Virus record (IMG/VR): IMGVR_UViG_3300033072_000529
Strand: one strand, 5' to 3'
DNA: 64,000 bases
Source of the DNA: a virus
Taxonomy: Duplodnaviria > Caudoviricetes
Part shown: positions 8,817 through 18,679 of the stretch, piece after piece
Numbering within the stretch: position 1 is the stretch's first letter
Layout: each line of letters begins with the position of its first letter
The notes under the pieces: model-generated
Told to the model about the DNA's origin: nothing
The model's database searches: none
What the model saw: only the letters and a program-made list of their open reading frames with translations
Made by a program: the position numbers and the translations under genes

Positions 8817-10094
8817 TTATAAGTCGTCAACTGTGATATTGGCCAGAGTCATCAAATCTCGTATCTTCTGCAACACTGCATCACGATCCACAGAATAATC
8901 CACGGATATAGAGGGTTTGTCGTAATCAATAACGTTATTTATATTATAATTACTAGATACTATCAATCCGTTCAAATAAGGGTATTGGTCAACCACCCAA
9001 GAATAATATTCCGGTAAATCTGTTGTATAGGGGTTTCGGGCTCTAGCACATCTGTTAGAATCAACCGTTAATTGGCCATAACCACACGAATTCACAGCTA
9101 TGATATCAACAAATCCATATGCGGATGGCGGAGGTAGGGTGAACGTTATTTCAGTAGGAGACACAATATTATAATCTCGCACAACTTTACCAGTCATTAC
9201 CCGCATGTCGCCTTGAGCAGACCCCGGTATAAAACTAACTGTATCCCTATACATTTCAGGATTGCTACCACTAACAAACATTGCAAAGGTATTATTAAAT
9301 CCTTCCCCATTCAGTTTAATAGTTGGGGTATCGCCTTCTTTGAAGTAATAATGATCCACGAATCTTATAACAGGTGCACCAGGAATTTCATATGACAATC
9401 TTGCAGAACTTAGAGTATTAGCTGATAATGATGCATATTTACAGTACATCTTATCTGTAAAGATTATATCATCATATATATAGCATATAGGTTTATCTTG
9501 GGGTACTTTGGTTTTGAATAGCCAAGTTTTTATAGTGAATCCCGTTTTCGCCACTATAATGATATTATCCTTTGGAGTGCTTTGGGGATACCCTGGATAC
9601 TCCATGTTGACTTGTCCGTCCCAAACCACCTGTACAGTTAATTTGTTTTTAGTAACTGGTTCCTGTATATCATATGCTATATACGGATCAGATTGAACTG
9701 CGAAATTTTGGATAATCTGTTCTATATCAAATCTATACTTGGATACTATTTGCACTTCTACATCAATATTCCAAGGAATAGCCTTGATATTAACCATTTT
9801 CCCCCCTTGTTCAGGAAATCTATAGTTCATAGTATCCGCTTTGTTTAACACGCGATCATTATCCCGGTTCATACCTTTGGTAATGACTGCCATTGCAGGG
9901 TATTTTATGGTATCCGTTTGGCCCTTCAAATCAAATAAGGTGCGAGATTTAGGCCCAGTCAATACATTCACTAATATCTGATCAGTTATACGTCCCGTTT
10001 CAAAATCAATTCTATTGATTTTTATATCATCCAATGCGGATTCAAAAATCAATATATTCTTGAGTATTTCTAAGTTGAAGTTGTAATCCTGCAT
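8817..10094 (-). CDS. 15: Tail sheath terminator, T4 gp15-like, with C-terminal IPT/TIG (Ig-like) extension
   Basis: FESALDDIKINR...VLTGPKSR...YPAMAV...RDNDR...PWNIDVEVQIVSKYRFDIEQIIQN match gp15; APVIRFVD...IKLNGEGF...VSPTEITFTLP resembles an IPT/TIG domain. Confidence 0.8.
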   Translation of the reverse strand: MQDYNFNLEILKNILIFESALDDIKINRIDFETGRITDQILVNVLTGPKSRTLFDLKGQTDTIKYPAMAVITKGMNRDNDRVLNKADTMNYRFPEQGGKMVNIKAIPWNIDVEVQIVSKYRFDIEQIIQNFAVQSDPYIAYDIQEPVTKNKLTVQVVWDGQVNMEYPGYPQSTPKDNIIIVAKTGFTIKTWLFKTKVPQDKPICYIYDDIIFTDKMYCKYASLSANTLSSARLSYEIPGAPVIRFVDHYYFKEGDTPTIKLNGEGFNNTFAMFVSGSNPEMYRDTVSFIPGSAQGDMRVMTGKVVRDYNIVSPTEITFTLPPPSAYGFVDIIAVNSCGYGQLTVDSNRCARARNPYTTDLPEYYSWVVDQYPYLNGLIVSSNYNINNVIDYDKPSISVDYSVDRDAVLQKIRDLMTLANITVDDL

Positions 10095-10103
10095 GTATGA
10101 TGT

Positions 10104-10115
10104 TATTTATAAATA
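10104..10115. promoter_or_regulatory. Perfect palindrome TATTTATAAATA acting as back-to-back T4 late promoters for gp15 and gp14
   Basis: Contains TATAAATA on both strands, 9 nt before the gp15 ATG and 5 nt before an in-frame GTG of gp14. Confidence 0.75.
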
Positions 10116-10120
10116 TAGAT

Positions 10121-10876
10121 GTGTCCTATACCGGAATAGATTTCTCGTTTTCTCCTAATAATAGCTTTACATTTGACCCTACGGGCAAGTATACAGCACG
10201 GGGAAACAATCCATATATTCCTAATTGCGATTCATCCAAGGCTTTAAAAGAAATTCAACACAAGCGTACAGCGGAAGTTATCAACATGACTGGCATGGAT
10301 ATAACATATCTACCAGTTAAATATAACACCAAGAAAGCAGTACCTGGATATGGAGAGGATGCAATATCAGGTTTCCATCATGGTCGTAAAATGAAAGCTA
10401 GTATAAATCTAGCATCTTATACCGTGTTTATGACACCCTTTGGTAATATGTCCGATTCTGATATAGTCATATATATAGCTATCAAAGAATTCGAAAAAGT
10501 GTGGGGTCCAGCATCGTCAGGTATATATCCCTTGGCAGGCGATCTGTTCTATATAAATGATTCCGCATGTGATAGACCTCTACAACAATCCCCCATGGTG
10601 TATGAGATATCCGAAAAAGATGACAAGGCAAATCCTGTAGATTTCTTATTTGGACACTATGTCTATAAATTGGACGCTAAACGCTTTGCTTATAGCTATC
10701 AACCTAATAGTCCAGAAGAAAGATTTTCAGATGATAATCCATCAGATACTAAACAATACGGTAGATTACCCGATGGAGATAATCCACCTGATCTATCCAA
10801 TACGGACTATGACGTAGATGTGGAAGTATCTAAAGAGTTTGTCCAGAAGAAATCCATAACCTATGGTGGATACTAA
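10121..10876 (+). CDS. 14: Neck protein, T4 gp14-like (GTG start inferred; ORF track starts at 10097)
   Basis: EVINMTGMDITYLP...YGED...PFG...IYIAIKEFEKVW...PLAGDLFY...YVYKLDAKRFAYS. Confidence 0.8.
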   Translation: MSYTGIDFSFSPNNSFTFDPTGKYTARGNNPYIPNCDSSKALKEIQHKRTAEVINMTGMDITYLPVKYNTKKAVPGYGEDAISGFHHGRKMKASINLASYTVFMTPFGNMSDSDIVIYIAIKEFEKVWGPASSGIYPLAGDLFYINDSACDRPLQQSPMVYEISEKDDKANPVDFLFGHYVYKLDAKRFAYSYQPNSPEERFSDDNPSDTKQYGRLPDGDNPPDLSNTDYDVDVEVSKEFVQKKSITYGGY

Positions 10877-10887
10877 TAAATAAAGAT

Positions 10888-11577
10888 ATGCAACAATATA
10901 ATGTAGTCCGAAAACTTATAGTAGAATCACCTATGTATGATTTGAAATATGAAACTATACAGGAAAATAGATCAGAGGAAAGAAAACTCATGATAAATGG
11001 ACGGTATTTGATGCTTAATAGAATCAATAAAAATCGTCGTATATATGAATCTTCTGAGATGATCCCAGCTATAGAAGCATTCCATAAAGATTTCATAATG
11101 GATAATCGAGGTGGGGGTGAATGTAACCATAGCCCTGATCCAGAAGTAAAGTTGGACAGATTGGCCCATAAAATAGTATCGCTAACTCGCGATCCTCAAG
11201 ACGAGGATTTTTATATAGGTCGTTCAGAAATTATCACCGCGAATCCCCCAGGTCGCATATTAGAAGGTCTTATCAAGCATAATATGAAATTCGGGTTGAG
11301 CAGTAAAGCCTTGGGTATAATCGAGGAAGGCAGTGATGGTAATAAAGTCAAGAAACCGATTCTGTTATCAGTGGATGCGGTGTATGATCCATCTGCAAGT
11401 CCATGTTTCATTAATGGTATCTATGAAAATAGGGAATATATCATAGGCAATGACGGCAAGGCACATGAGGCATTCACTCAATTGACTAAAGATTTATCTA
11501 AATATCCCTCAAGACATTCTGATGCAATCAAAGCCCATATCGTGGAATCTTTCAAGAAGATGTTAGCAAATATATAA
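10888..11577 (+). CDS. 21: Prohead core protease, T4 gp21-like
   Basis: INKNRRIY, GECNHSPDPEVKLDRLAHKI, PPGRILEGLI, GLSSKALG, DAVYDPSASPCFINGIYENREY. Confidence 0.93.
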   Translation: MQQYNVVRKLIVESPMYDLKYETIQENRSEERKLMINGRYLMLNRINKNRRIYESSEMIPAIEAFHKDFIMDNRGGGECNHSPDPEVKLDRLAHKIVSLTRDPQDEDFYIGRSEIITANPPGRILEGLIKHNMKFGLSSKALGIIEEGSDGNKVKKPILLSVDAVYDPSASPCFINGIYENREYIIGNDGKAHEAFTQLTKDLSKYPSRHSDAIKAHIVESFKKMLANI

Positions 11578-11578
11578 T

Positions 11579-12031
11579 ATGAATCGTTTTAATACCTTTG
11601 TTAAATTGGCACTAGAGAATGATGTTGAATCATTACCTATAATTACCCCTGTTACTGATGTTGAGATCATAACTGATCAACCAGTAGGATGCACTATAGA
11701 GGATATACAGCATTATCTATCAGTTGTATCAGATATGGAACAACGTTTAGATGATGATCTATTCAAGGGTCATAAAACATCTTTAGAATATGCCTTGGGC
11801 AAGGTACGCCGAGCATTGCATAGAGTATTGCGCGATAATCCAGCATGCCATGAAATGGATTGCAACTCCGAATCTACTGATAATGCTGAATTAGAAATGG
11901 GTATAGATGATGAAGCAGAAGAGCATGAAGATGTAACCCATGGTGATAAAGACGTGGCAGAAAAAATCGCTAAAGGACATCTAAAACAAAATCCCAAGTA
12001 TTATACTAAATTGAAAAAATGCGGGTTATAA
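11579..12031 (+). CDS. Hypothetical protein with DUF5661-like C-terminus and N-terminal tag RFNTFVKLALE
   Basis: ELEMGIDDEAEEH...AEKIAKGHLKQNPKYYTKL recalls a common phage domain. Confidence 0.6.
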   Translation: MNRFNTFVKLALENDVESLPIITPVTDVEIITDQPVGCTIEDIQHYLSVVSDMEQRLDDDLFKGHKTSLEYALGKVRRALHRVLRDNPACHEMDCNSESTDNAELEMGIDDEAEEHEDVTHGDKDVAEKIAKGHLKQNPKYYTKLKKCGL

Positions 12032-12051
12032 ATTAACCCGCCATATAAACA

Positions 12052-12090
12052 AAAACCCGAACATAGTGATATATGTTCGGGTTTTATTTT
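12052..12090 (+). terminator. Rho-independent terminator
   Basis: AAAACCCGAACATA-loop-TATGTTCGGGTTTT followed by a T tract. Confidence 0.75.
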
Positions 12091-12125
12091 TGTTACTATG
12101 TAGTATAAAAGATAAATATTTCATT

Positions 12126-12290
12126 ATGACTGGCGAAGTACAACAACAAATCAATAAATTCCTGTTTCATTTATCCCAACAAGATTATGCACAAGCGCAT
12201 GCTGCATTGGAAAAAACGCAACAGATAAAGATAGATAAGATATACGAAGAAGAATATGCCAAAGCAGAGGCAGCTCTCAAAACTAAATAA
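12126..12290 (+). CDS. Small prohead core protein, gp67-like (start re-assigned to ATG 12126)
   Basis: INKFLFHLSQQDYAQAHAALE helix; between gp21 and gp22; TAAATA 7 nt upstream. Confidence 0.55.
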   Translation: MTGEVQQQINKFLFHLSQQDYAQAHAALEKTQQIKIDKIYEEEYAKAEAALKTK

Positions 12291-12300
12291 TATCTATTTG

Positions 12301-12308
12301 TATAAATA
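12301..12308 (+). promoter_or_regulatory. T4-type late promoter TATAAATA (representative; also 26512, 27391, 32801 and many TAAATA/TAAGTA variants)
   Basis: Exact T4 gp55 consensus 7 nt before the gp22 ATG. Confidence 0.8.
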
Positions 12309-12315
12309 AACTTAT

Positions 12316-13209
12316 ATGGAAAACGAATTGTCCTCAATTTTAGAATCAATTGATAAAGAAATCTTTACAGAAGATGTGAAGAAACAATTGAGTGCCTATG
12401 TAGAATCTCTTACTGAGAAAAAAGCTGAAAAGCTGGTGTCTGAACGGACACATTTAGCAGTAGAAGCCGCATTGAAAACTCAAGATGAAGATTATGCTAG
12501 AAAATTAGCACAATATGCAGAAGCAGTCGATATAGATCGAACCAATAAAACTAAACTTATTGTTAAGCATCTAAATGAAGACTTCAAGGCCAAAATGAAA
12601 CAACTATCTGAGGCATACGAAAGTATATTGAAGAAGAAAGCAGTGGACACCCAAATGCACATAGTGCGTTCTGTTGATGCCTTCTTGGATCAATATATTG
12701 AACAAACCTGTCCAGTTGGTATGATCGCAGAGGCTGCAAAGAATAATATTGCTGCTAAGACTCTGGATAGCATTCGCAATGCCGTTGGTATTGATGCTAA
12801 ACTAGTGAGCGAAAATGTTAAGACTGCCGTAAAAGATGGTAAAGCCAAGATAGATGCATTAGCTAAGGAAAAGCAACGCTTAGCTAGAGAAAATGCAAAT
12901 ATCAAAAAGGCTGCACTATTAGCAGAAGCAACTATCAATCTTCCTAAAGCGAAAGCTAAATTTATAGTGGAACAGCTTAAAGACAAGCCTTTGGACTTTG
13001 TAAAAGCTAATATCAAGTTTGTATCAGAAATGTTTGATCGTCCGATTAATCGTAGACAATCAGCATTCGATGCTACACCTGTTAATAACGTGGATCGGCA
13101 AAAGGTAGCTGATGAGTTAATTAGAGAAAACGCTGAGAATCAGCCAACTTATTTAGGTAGCACTGACGCTATCTCAATGTACATGGAAGGCTTGAAACAC
13201 AGACGCTAA
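12316..13209 (+). CDS. 22: Prohead scaffolding protein, T4 gp22-like
   Basis: Helical charged protein directly upstream of the capsid gene; IFTEDVKKQLS, VDAFLDQYIE, C-terminal ISMYMEGL. Confidence 0.8.
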   Translation: MENELSSILESIDKEIFTEDVKKQLSAYVESLTEKKAEKLVSERTHLAVEAALKTQDEDYARKLAQYAEAVDIDRTNKTKLIVKHLNEDFKAKMKQLSEAYESILKKKAVDTQMHIVRSVDAFLDQYIEQTCPVGMIAEAAKNNIAAKTLDSIRNAVGIDAKLVSENVKTAVKDGKAKIDALAKEKQRLARENANIKKAALLAEATINLPKAKAKFIVEQLKDKPLDFVKANIKFVSEMFDRPINRRQSAFDATPVNNVDRQKVADELIRENAENQPTYLGSTDAISMYMEGLKHRR

Positions 13210-13254
13210 TATAAGTCAATCGAAAATTGACTAAAATTCAGTAAATATAAACAT

Positions 13255-14847
13255 ATGCTAAACCTAGCCTCAAACTACGTAGATTCTGCCCCTTCCTTGA
13301 TCAACAAGGAACGAGGTCGCCAATTAATCGCTAAGTGGAAACCAGTATTGGAACACTCAGACAGTCAAACCAAACCTATTATAGGTGCACACAAGCAACT
13401 TACAACCGCTATCGTCTTGGAAAGCCAAGAAAGATGGTTGGCTGAAAACGGACACATGTCCCGTCGTCTAATGCAAGAAGCCCTTCCTACCGGAAGTGGT
13501 GCAGGTGGTCCTCCACTTGTATCAGGTGGAACAAATACTGCATTCGGCTCCGTTAATAACGGTCAATACGGTGGTATTGGTCAAGCTACCAATGGTGCTG
13601 GTATTAATACCAACTCCGACTGGTATGCACCAGGAGACGCCCGTCTTCCTAAGACCGTTATTCCGATGATCCGTCGTACCTTCCCTGAATTGATCACCCA
13701 CGAAATCGTTGGTGTTCAACCAATGGCAGGTCCAGTCGGTCTTGCGTTCGCTCTTCGTTATTTCTATGATGAAGACCCTCTTGCATGTTCACCTTATAAT
13801 GATCGCGGCTGTTCAGGTTCCAAAACCTATCCAACTGGTCACTTAGGCACTTCAAATAACGAAGTTGGTTATAACCAACTATTCACCGGTCACACTGGTA
13901 TTACTGCTGCTGGCTTGTCTGGTCTAGGTCTAACAACCTCCACCACTGGTTCTGCTACTGCATTCCCATTCGTTCCTGGCCAAGATACTGGTGTTGCTCA
14001 ATTGCTATCACATTTTGAAGCATCTTCCAATATCCCAACTATGTCACTTAAGATTGACAAGCAAGCTGTTGAAGCTGGTACTCGTCGTCTTGCTACTAGC
14101 TGGTCTATCGAACTTGAACAAGATATCATGAACATGAACGGAATCGACATCGATTCCGAAATGACAAATGCTATGTCTTATGAAATTCAAGCAGAAATCG
14201 ACCGTGAAATGGTTGTTCGCATGATTCAAGCTGCTCTAAATGCTGGTAATGGTACAGGTTATTCAATCTGGAAGCCAGGTCTTGCAGATGGTCGTTGGCT
14301 CGCTGAACGTGGTGTAGATTTCTACTCCAAGATCATCATCGAAGCTAACCGTATCGCTATCCGTAACCGTCGTGGTCCTGCTAACTTCATCATCGCTACT
14401 CCTAAGGTTTGTACTATCCTACAACTCCTAAAAGAGTTCGCTCCGTTCAATATCAACTCTGCTGTGCAAACTCACCCTAATGGTGTTGCTCGCGTAGGTA
14501 CTCTTGCTGGTCAGTTCACCCTGTATCGCGATACCCGTACCGAAGCACAATACCTATCAGGTGTTCGTGCTGAGCCAGTAGAATATGCTCTATTGGGTTA
14601 TAAAGGTGCTGAATTCTGGGATACCGGTTTGATCTACTGCCCATATATTCCAGTGCTTGTACAACGTACAATCGCTCCTCATACCTTCACCCCAATCGTG
14701 GGTATGATGACCCGTTATGGTGTGGTTGACCACATGTTTGGTATAGAAAACTTCTACCACATCATTATCGCTAAAGATTTGAATAGAACAGTGACATGGG
14801 ATGGATGCGCAGCATCTGCCTGCTCACCAGTCTATTTGGGTCAATAA
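13255..14847 (+). CDS. 23: Major capsid protein, T4 gp23-like
   Basis: KWKPVLE, IPMIRRTFPELITHEIVGVQPMAGPVGLAFALRY, TRRLATSWSIELEQD, EIQAEIDRE, RRGPANFII, GLIYCPYIP, MTRYG. Confidence 0.97.
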   Translation: MLNLASNYVDSAPSLINKERGRQLIAKWKPVLEHSDSQTKPIIGAHKQLTTAIVLESQERWLAENGHMSRRLMQEALPTGSGAGGPPLVSGGTNTAFGSVNNGQYGGIGQATNGAGINTNSDWYAPGDARLPKTVIPMIRRTFPELITHEIVGVQPMAGPVGLAFALRYFYDEDPLACSPYNDRGCSGSKTYPTGHLGTSNNEVGYNQLFTGHTGITAAGLSGLGLTTSTTGSATAFPFVPGQDTGVAQLLSHFEASSNIPTMSLKIDKQAVEAGTRRLATSWSIELEQDIMNMNGIDIDSEMTNAMSYEIQAEIDREMVVRMIQAALNAGNGTGYSIWKPGLADGRWLAERGVDFYSKIIIEANRIAIRNRRGPANFIIATPKVCTILQLLKEFAPFNINSAVQTHPNGVARVGTLAGQFTLYRDTRTEAQYLSGVRAEPVEYALLGYKGAEFWDTGLIYCPYIPVLVQRTIAPHTFTPIVGMMTRYGVVDHMFGIENFYHIIIAKDLNRTVTWDGCAASACSPVYLGQ

Positions 14848-14867
14848 TAGATAACAATTAAAACTTC

Positions 14868-14900
14868 AAACCCGCAAGGCTAACCCCTTGCGGGTTTTTT
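14868..14900 (+). terminator. Rho-independent terminator after the capsid gene (likely bidirectional)
   Basis: AAACCCGCAAGG-CTAACC-CCTTGCGGGTTTTTT. Confidence 0.85.
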
Positions 14901-14901
14901 A

Positions 14902-16398
14902 TTATCTATACCAAGTATACACTAATTGCCCGCAATCCCATATCCTATCATAACCTTTTTCTTGCATAATATCCCATTCAGTTCTAGACATATCTACCTC
15001 TGGATATTTTATATGTATACGAGCTTTGGTATAATTGGACCTATGATATAGGTGTAAATAGTCGGTCTTGGCCATATACCAGTATCTAGGTTTAGATATC
15101 CCTGTTAATACCATTCCTAATTGAGAATATAAATTGCCATTACTCCAGCGTCTATCTGCATATGATATAATAGATGATGGATTATATTCATTTTGAAATG
15201 CTTTTAATAGTTTGCCCGCTGCTCCTACTACTGTAGTATTCAGCTTATTGCAATATCGAACAATCTCCCATTCATATTTTTTAGAGTACCGAGGCTTACC
15301 AAAAGTCATCAATGCAACTAGTTCTTCATCCATATATAGCCCTAATTTTACAGTTGAATTACAATCACCTTGTATGTGGGAATTATCAAGGAAGCTTCTA
15401 CTGTCTGATATAGATACATGTCTAACGTCACACTTTCTGGCATATAATTTGTTAGTGCATCTACCGAGTTTACTACGTAACATAGATTTACATATATCTT
15501 TCTTATTAAGCCATTCATTTTCAAATATATGAATCAATTGTATACCTTTGGCTTCGCATCTATCGGTTTTATCTAAGTGATAATTTATGGATTTTCCTCC
15601 CGATAACTCGGAATGCCTATATGTACCATCGTGTTCTATAGCTTTTTTTAGAGATGGGATGTATATATCTAATTCTTTTCCATCTCCTAATATATGTCTA
15701 TTATTTCTAATAGTAGATAAACCACAATCTATTTCGATGAAAGTGTTAATCTCATTCTCTGCTTTTGAGACGGCACAGTAGGGGCAACCATTGCCTATGT
15801 TGACATGTGAATATGCCAACTGTTGGAATTCTTTCCCACACACATTGTGTCGTATAGTTACTCTATCATGTGAATGGTTGATAGTAGTATCAGTATAGTC
15901 ATATTCATTCGCTGCATGATGCATATGCGCCAATTTTACAAATTTATCATAACAGTTGGATTTGTTAATGCGTTGGGATTCCCGCGCACAAGATGGACAT
16001 CGATGACCTTTTTTTATATTAGCAGGTAATATATTAAAGTCTATATTATGGGTAGTGCACCGCATAACGACTTTCGTTTTATTGTTTATATACGGACCAA
16101 TTCTGATATATTGGGTTTCACCGTGTACTGATTTGACTTTATTATCAAATTCTTCTGGAGAATCGCGAATAGTATTTCCCGTATTCTTCACTCTACAGTT
16201 GAAGCACCCTCTACCTTGTAAATGCCGCGATGCCACCTGTTGAAAAGTGGTATTACATCTCAAACATAATATATCTATTCGGTCACTCATCTTGTGGAGT
16301 GACACATTATCATAGTTATACCAACCTGTAGGATGTTTTAGGTTGGCTTTCTTTTTAAATACTTCGAGTATATTCATTGTGATTGGCTCAACTTTCAA
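14902..16398 (-). CDS. Hef-like putative homing endonuclease: zinc-ribbon repeats, PD-(D/E)XK nuclease and GNAT/Mom-like C-terminus
   Basis: Repeated C/H..HxxGxGCPxC modules; ELDIYIPSLKKAIEHDGTYRHS; FLDNSHIQG...VVGAAGKLL...IISYADRRWSNGNLY...IWDCG. Confidence 0.75.
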   Translation of the reverse strand: MKVEPITMNILEVFKKKANLKHPTGWYNYDNVSLHKMSDRIDILCLRCNTTFQQVASRHLQGRGCFNCRVKNTGNTIRDSPEEFDNKVKSVHGETQYIRIGPYINNKTKVVMRCTTHNIDFNILPANIKKGHRCPSCARESQRINKSNCYDKFVKLAHMHHAANEYDYTDTTINHSHDRVTIRHNVCGKEFQQLAYSHVNIGNGCPYCAVSKAENEINTFIEIDCGLSTIRNNRHILGDGKELDIYIPSLKKAIEHDGTYRHSELSGGKSINYHLDKTDRCEAKGIQLIHIFENEWLNKKDICKSMLRSKLGRCTNKLYARKCDVRHVSISDSRSFLDNSHIQGDCNSTVKLGLYMDEELVALMTFGKPRYSKKYEWEIVRYCNKLNTTVVGAAGKLLKAFQNEYNPSSIISYADRRWSNGNLYSQLGMVLTGISKPRYWYMAKTDYLHLYHRSNYTKARIHIKYPEVDMSRTEWDIMQEKGYDRIWDCGQLVYTWYR

Positions 16399-16732
16399 AG
16401 ATAAAAGTCAACCAAGAAGGATTTCTTTTGGACGTATTATCATATAAAGCTTTGTCACTCGTTATGGTAATCCACTCTTGGTTATCGCCCCAATGAATAG
16501 TTTTATCTGAAATCAGTTCTATATTAAATGGGAATTTTAGAGTGCTATTATAGATTGTCGCTAGAGCATATACTGCCTCTATAGGATGATTAGTGCAATA
16601 CCATAATACATCGCCATCCCCTCCCTCTGATATACAAGCATGGTATAGGGTATCTAAGTTTTTTAATATACATTCTGTGTCCATAGTAACAATATTATCG
16701 CTTGAAGCAATTCCTACAGTCGATTCTGGCAA
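16388..16732 (-). CDS. Hypothetical protein (true start possibly at MDTEC)
   Basis: ORF fills the gap between ligase and endonuclease on the same strand. Confidence 0.5.
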   Translation of the reverse strand: MPESTVGIASSDNIVTMDTECILKNLDTLYHACISEGGDGDVLWYCTNHPIEAVYALATIYNSTLKFPFNIELISDKTIHWGDNQEWITITSDKALYDNTSKRNPSWLTFIFES

Positions 16733-17834
16733 AATTGGGAACGCCTAACCCTGTCAATCCGTTATATAAGAAGGTCACATTTTCTTTACCCACCCAATCT
16801 GCTTGATTATTCCATATCTCTATAGCATCATCCTTGCCACCTTTGAGGGACGCATCAAACACTTTACCATTCCATTCAATGGTAAAGGTCTTACATTTAT
16901 TGGCCCAATTGCCATCCCCATCATTTATTTTAAGGATTTTACATTCACTGGAATCTTCGGCTTTGATCTTTAGTAGATTTTTACTGCGTTTATGCTCATA
17001 TGGAGCATGTTTAAGTCGGCCCATTAAACCTTCTTGTCCGTCGTTCACAACGGAATTGAATAAGCTGCTCAATTCGACTTCACTACCTATTTCATAATCC
17101 GGCACGGCTCTATACATTTTAGTATACTTTGGAAGTGTCTCATCTATCCAGGCTTTTCTGATGATATACGGAGTGACTTTATCCGCTTCATTTCGATATC
17201 CATCATATACATAGTATCTAACCTTTTCTGCACTAGCATAATAGTCATCTACTGTGATATGCACCTTCTTGTTGATCAACTTCATCAACTCGTTCAATGA
17301 TTGCCGAAGATCATAATTATATAATTCTCCATCTAATACAGCTTCTGGATAATCTTGGAAGAAGGCTTGTAAATCGATCCAAATATGGGGGACGCTCTGA
17401 TATTCTTCCCCAGTTCTAGTATACAGTCCTTTTTGAGACGCCACACATCGAGCACCATTATACTTTATCTGGTAAATCCATTCACCATTGAAGAAGTCGA
17501 TCTTATCTTTATAATCCTTATACTTCTTAGCGGTCATAGGTTCGATGAACTGTTTATCATCAATATCATCTATGGAATCCTTATACTGCTCCTTGCGTTT
17601 CTTTTTATATTTTGATAATACTTCGGCGGTTGCTTGTTCTTCGCCTGTGGTCGCATTAGCTTTACCAGTATTTTTAGGTTTAGCCACTGTCCAATCCGAT
17701 GTCACAATTTGGCCATCTTTAATACCAGAATTGGTTCTATATTTATTTCCCTCTTGTTCCATCCACCACACCAAAGTGGCTCCAGTGGATGATCGCCCAT
17801 ATAAAGTAGAATAGGTAGTCAGTGTATCAGTCAT
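16695..17834 (-). CDS. ATP-dependent DNA ligase (start re-assigned to MTDTL)
   Basis: Motif I QIKYNGARC, LDGELY, YVYD, QEGLMGR, YEHKRSKNLLKIK; TTGACT-N16-TATTAT just upstream. Confidence 0.9.
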   Translation of the reverse strand: MTDTLTTYSTLYGRSSTGATLVWWMEQEGNKYRTNSGIKDGQIVTSDWTVAKPKNTGKANATTGEEQATAEVLSKYKKKRKEQYKDSIDDIDDKQFIEPMTAKKYKDYKDKIDFFNGEWIYQIKYNGARCVASQKGLYTRTGEEYQSVPHIWIDLQAFFQDYPEAVLDGELYNYDLRQSLNELMKLINKKVHITVDDYYASAEKVRYYVYDGYRNEADKVTPYIIRKAWIDETLPKYTKMYRAVPDYEIGSEVELSSLFNSVVNDGQEGLMGRLKHAPYEHKRSKNLLKIKAEDSSECKILKINDGDGNWANKCKTFTIEWNGKVFDASLKGGKDDAIEIWNNQADWVGKENVTFLYNGLTGLGVPNFARIDCRNCFKR

Positions 17835-17867
17835 ATACCATAATACACTATAAACGTCCGTAGTCAA

Positions 17868-18668
17868 CTATTTTTGGGTGTTCACTATAGTTTTAATTTC
17901 TTCCGATTTAACACGCTGATTATATTCATGTTTTTTAGACCAATCGTAGTATTTATCCCATAATATAGATAATACAGTATATAACGATTTTAGAAACCGC
18001 TTCTTAATATTGGGTGGCATATCTCTATAATCATCATAATTGTTTATAATAGATCGAATATGTCTATTAATACTATGTTTATCAGCATACATGTTTAACC
18101 ATTTACCTTTTTGTAGCAATCTAATCCATTGATCATTTATGATTGCAGCTTGTTCTATAACTCTGGCATTGGTTTCTTTTCCTTGTGAAATATGCGGTTT
18201 ATCATCGTCCTGCCACATACTTTTTATTTTATTATCAACTTCCCAGGCATGTTGCAATTCGTGAGATATAGTGGATATTATATTAGTAGTGGAACCCATT
18301 TTCAATGTATTGATCAATGCTCTTTGTAGAGATGCAGTATTCAATCCGCGATATCGCGCACCTGTTCCAAGTATAGCAAAAATATAAAGTATTATGAGAT
18401 TGGTCGAAGGATGCGGGGAATATTCATCCCGTGCAGGAAGCCATATTGCGCGTGCATCTGACATTTCTGGATTTTTATAATTATTGAATGCCTTTAACAT
18501 AATTGTTAGAGGTTTTTTAAATCCTGGCACGCTGATAGTATTACTGCCGGACTGTAATGTTAATTTACCGTCTAAGATAGCATCTATTATAAATTGTGCA
18601 ATAATTCTAAAATTTATCACATTGGTCGCCCAATTTTTCTTTTCTAGGAAATATTTTAGAAATCGCAT
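17868..18668 (-). CDS. Late protein with HExxH zincin-like motif and T4 CTS-like N-terminus (MRFLKYFLE)
   Basis: ISHELQHAWE, then ETNARV as a possible third ligand; TATAAATA 8 nt upstream. Confidence 0.6.
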   Translation of the reverse strand: MRFLKYFLEKKNWATNVINFRIIAQFIIDAILDGKLTLQSGSNTISVPGFKKPLTIMLKAFNNYKNPEMSDARAIWLPARDEYSPHPSTNLIILYIFAILGTGARYRGLNTASLQRALINTLKMGSTTNIISTISHELQHAWEVDNKIKSMWQDDDKPHISQGKETNARVIEQAAIINDQWIRLLQKGKWLNMYADKHSINRHIRSIINNYDDYRDMPPNIKKRFLKSLYTVLSILWDKYYDWSKKHEYNQRVKSEEIKTIVNTQK

Positions 18669-18679
18669 ATATGATATAT

